DNA of 64,000 nucleotides from Phyllosticta citribraziliensis (Eukaryota): NCBI RefSeq assembly GCF_038025025.1, contig NW_027117341.1, positions 1,550,001 to 1,614,000 of the forward strand, read 5' to 3'. Shown piece by piece: positions 62,597 to 64,000 of this stretch (position 1 is its first letter; each line of letters starts with the position of its first letter). The notes under the pieces were generated by a model. It saw only the letters and a program-made list of their open reading frames with translations, ran no database searches and was not told where the DNA came from. The position numbers and the translations under genes were made by a program.

Positions 62597-64000
62597 CTAC
62601 CCCTCAACCATCCTAATCCGCCCCTCCAACCGCGGCGCAATAGCCTTGGTCCAATTAACGACAAACTCGCCCTCGCGCAAATCATCGCAGAGCGCCGGGT
62701 GCCCCGGCAGCCCCGTCAGCCGCCACCACTTGCGCATGACGCGCCGCATGATGGACAGCTCGCGCTCGCGCTGCTGGACGGCGGCGGCGGCCTCGTGCGA
62801 GGCTTTGGCGCTGTTGGTGCGAGGGCGGTGGGGGGCGGCGTCGCCGTGGCCGTTGGTGTTGGTGGTGGTAGGTGGGACGTCGTTGTCGGTGTCCTCGTCG
62901 TCGGTGCCCGTGTCGTCCGTCTCGCTCTCCGCCAGGGGCGTCTCGGCGCCCTCGGGCCGCGTGCCCAGCGGCGTGCGTCTGCCATCCGCACCAGCATCGA
63001 CCGCACCCGCCGGCGCCTTCTTCGCGCCATTGGCAGAAGCCAGCAGACGCTCGACGGCCTTGGCGCCGGGCCGCTGCGGCTCGAGGTGCGGATGGTGGTT
63101 GGAGATGCGCTCCTGGACGCCGTCCCAGTGGCGGCCCATGGACGGGCCCCACTGCTTCCACCGCCCCAGCACCTTGAGCGACATGAAGTACTGGCGCAGC
63201 ATCATCGAGATGAGGATGCCGTTCTCCTCGGACACGATCTCCTTTGCCGCGCCGCCCTCGGCCTCGATGAGCAGGTCGTCGTAGCCGTCTTTGCCGCGCG
63301 CCATGTAGCCGCGCGTCACGAGCGTGTACTCGCGCTCCGCGTCCAGCGGCGCATGCGCGATGGAGATGTCGGAGACGCGCGAGCCGGGCGGCTTGGACGG
63401 GTTGAATGTGAATTCGATGTTGGAGACTTGCGGGAAGCGGCCTTCGAGGGCGGGGTATTTGGAGACGGAGTTCTCTAGGGCACCTGCAATGGCTGAGCCC
63501 GTTACCTTGATGACGACTACGGGGTCTTCGAACGGGAAGCTGAGCCGAGTTAGCGAGGACTGTGACGCCGTTGGGAGCATTCGTACCAGTTCATGATATC
63601 CTTTAACCGCAAAATACCAGGAGCGTAGATCTGATCGCCTCGAATAGTTCCTGCGGCCATGATGGCGCAGTCACCCGAGTATGTGTAGCGCATCAAGTCA
63701 CAGACAAAGTTTCCAATGTTGGACTCTCGCGTGCGGACAGTGGTGAAGCGCGCGTCCAGGGGAGCAGCCGTGTATCCTATCGGCTTGTCCAGCTTGGCCT
63801 TGAGCTTCGCCGTCAGGCCCTCGACGACCTTGATCGTGGGCTTGTCCTCGGGGAGCGACGAGACGACGTCGCGCCGCACAATGTTGAAGTCCCACTTGCC
63901 GCTGCCGTCCGTCTTGCGCCATGCCTCGAGGTAGCTGAGCTGCTTGAAGTCGCTGCCGGATCGGAGCACGTGGGTGCCATTGATCAGCGAGTGGTTGTAG
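62597..64000 (-). CDS. 5'-nucleotidase-like metallophosphoesterase (C-terminal part; 5' end outside the window)
   Basis: RSGSDF, LDARFTTVRTRESNIGNFVCDLMR, GTIRGD, FPFEDP, LEGRFPQVS and YMARGKDGY. Intron ~63587-63540. Confidence 0.88.

Overview
Gene-dense, intron-containing genomic DNA from a filamentous ascomycete (Pezizomycotina). Dothideomycete affinity is only an impression. About 22 protein-coding loci are supportable. Housekeeping genes (LEU1, ALG7, SEH1, CDC45, reticulon, NCL1/TRM4, DCW1/DFG5, thiolase, 5'-nucleotidase) are interleaved with two accessory-looking blocks at ~23.4-35.4 kb and ~50.2-58 kb. The main result is a candidate fungal RiPP (dikaritin-type) cluster. A secreted Kex2-processed repeat precursor (28274-29107, minus) carries nine KR/RR-delimited cores with a strict Tyr-every-third-residue pattern (DEYGSYNPYASYGDYP). 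It is divergently paired with a DUF3328/UstYa oxidase bearing two HxxHC motifs (30668-31745) and flanked by an FAD oxidoreductase and a diverged GST. Other results are two consecutive putative [D5,6] stwintrons in the reticulon gene, a birth-and-death family of BTB-domain paralogues (two intact, one nonsense-disrupted, one relic) and a Leu3/LeuB-type site upstream of LEU1. No rRNA, tRNA, CRISPR array or recognisable transposon was seen. All calls come from reading the sequence by eye, with no database searches.
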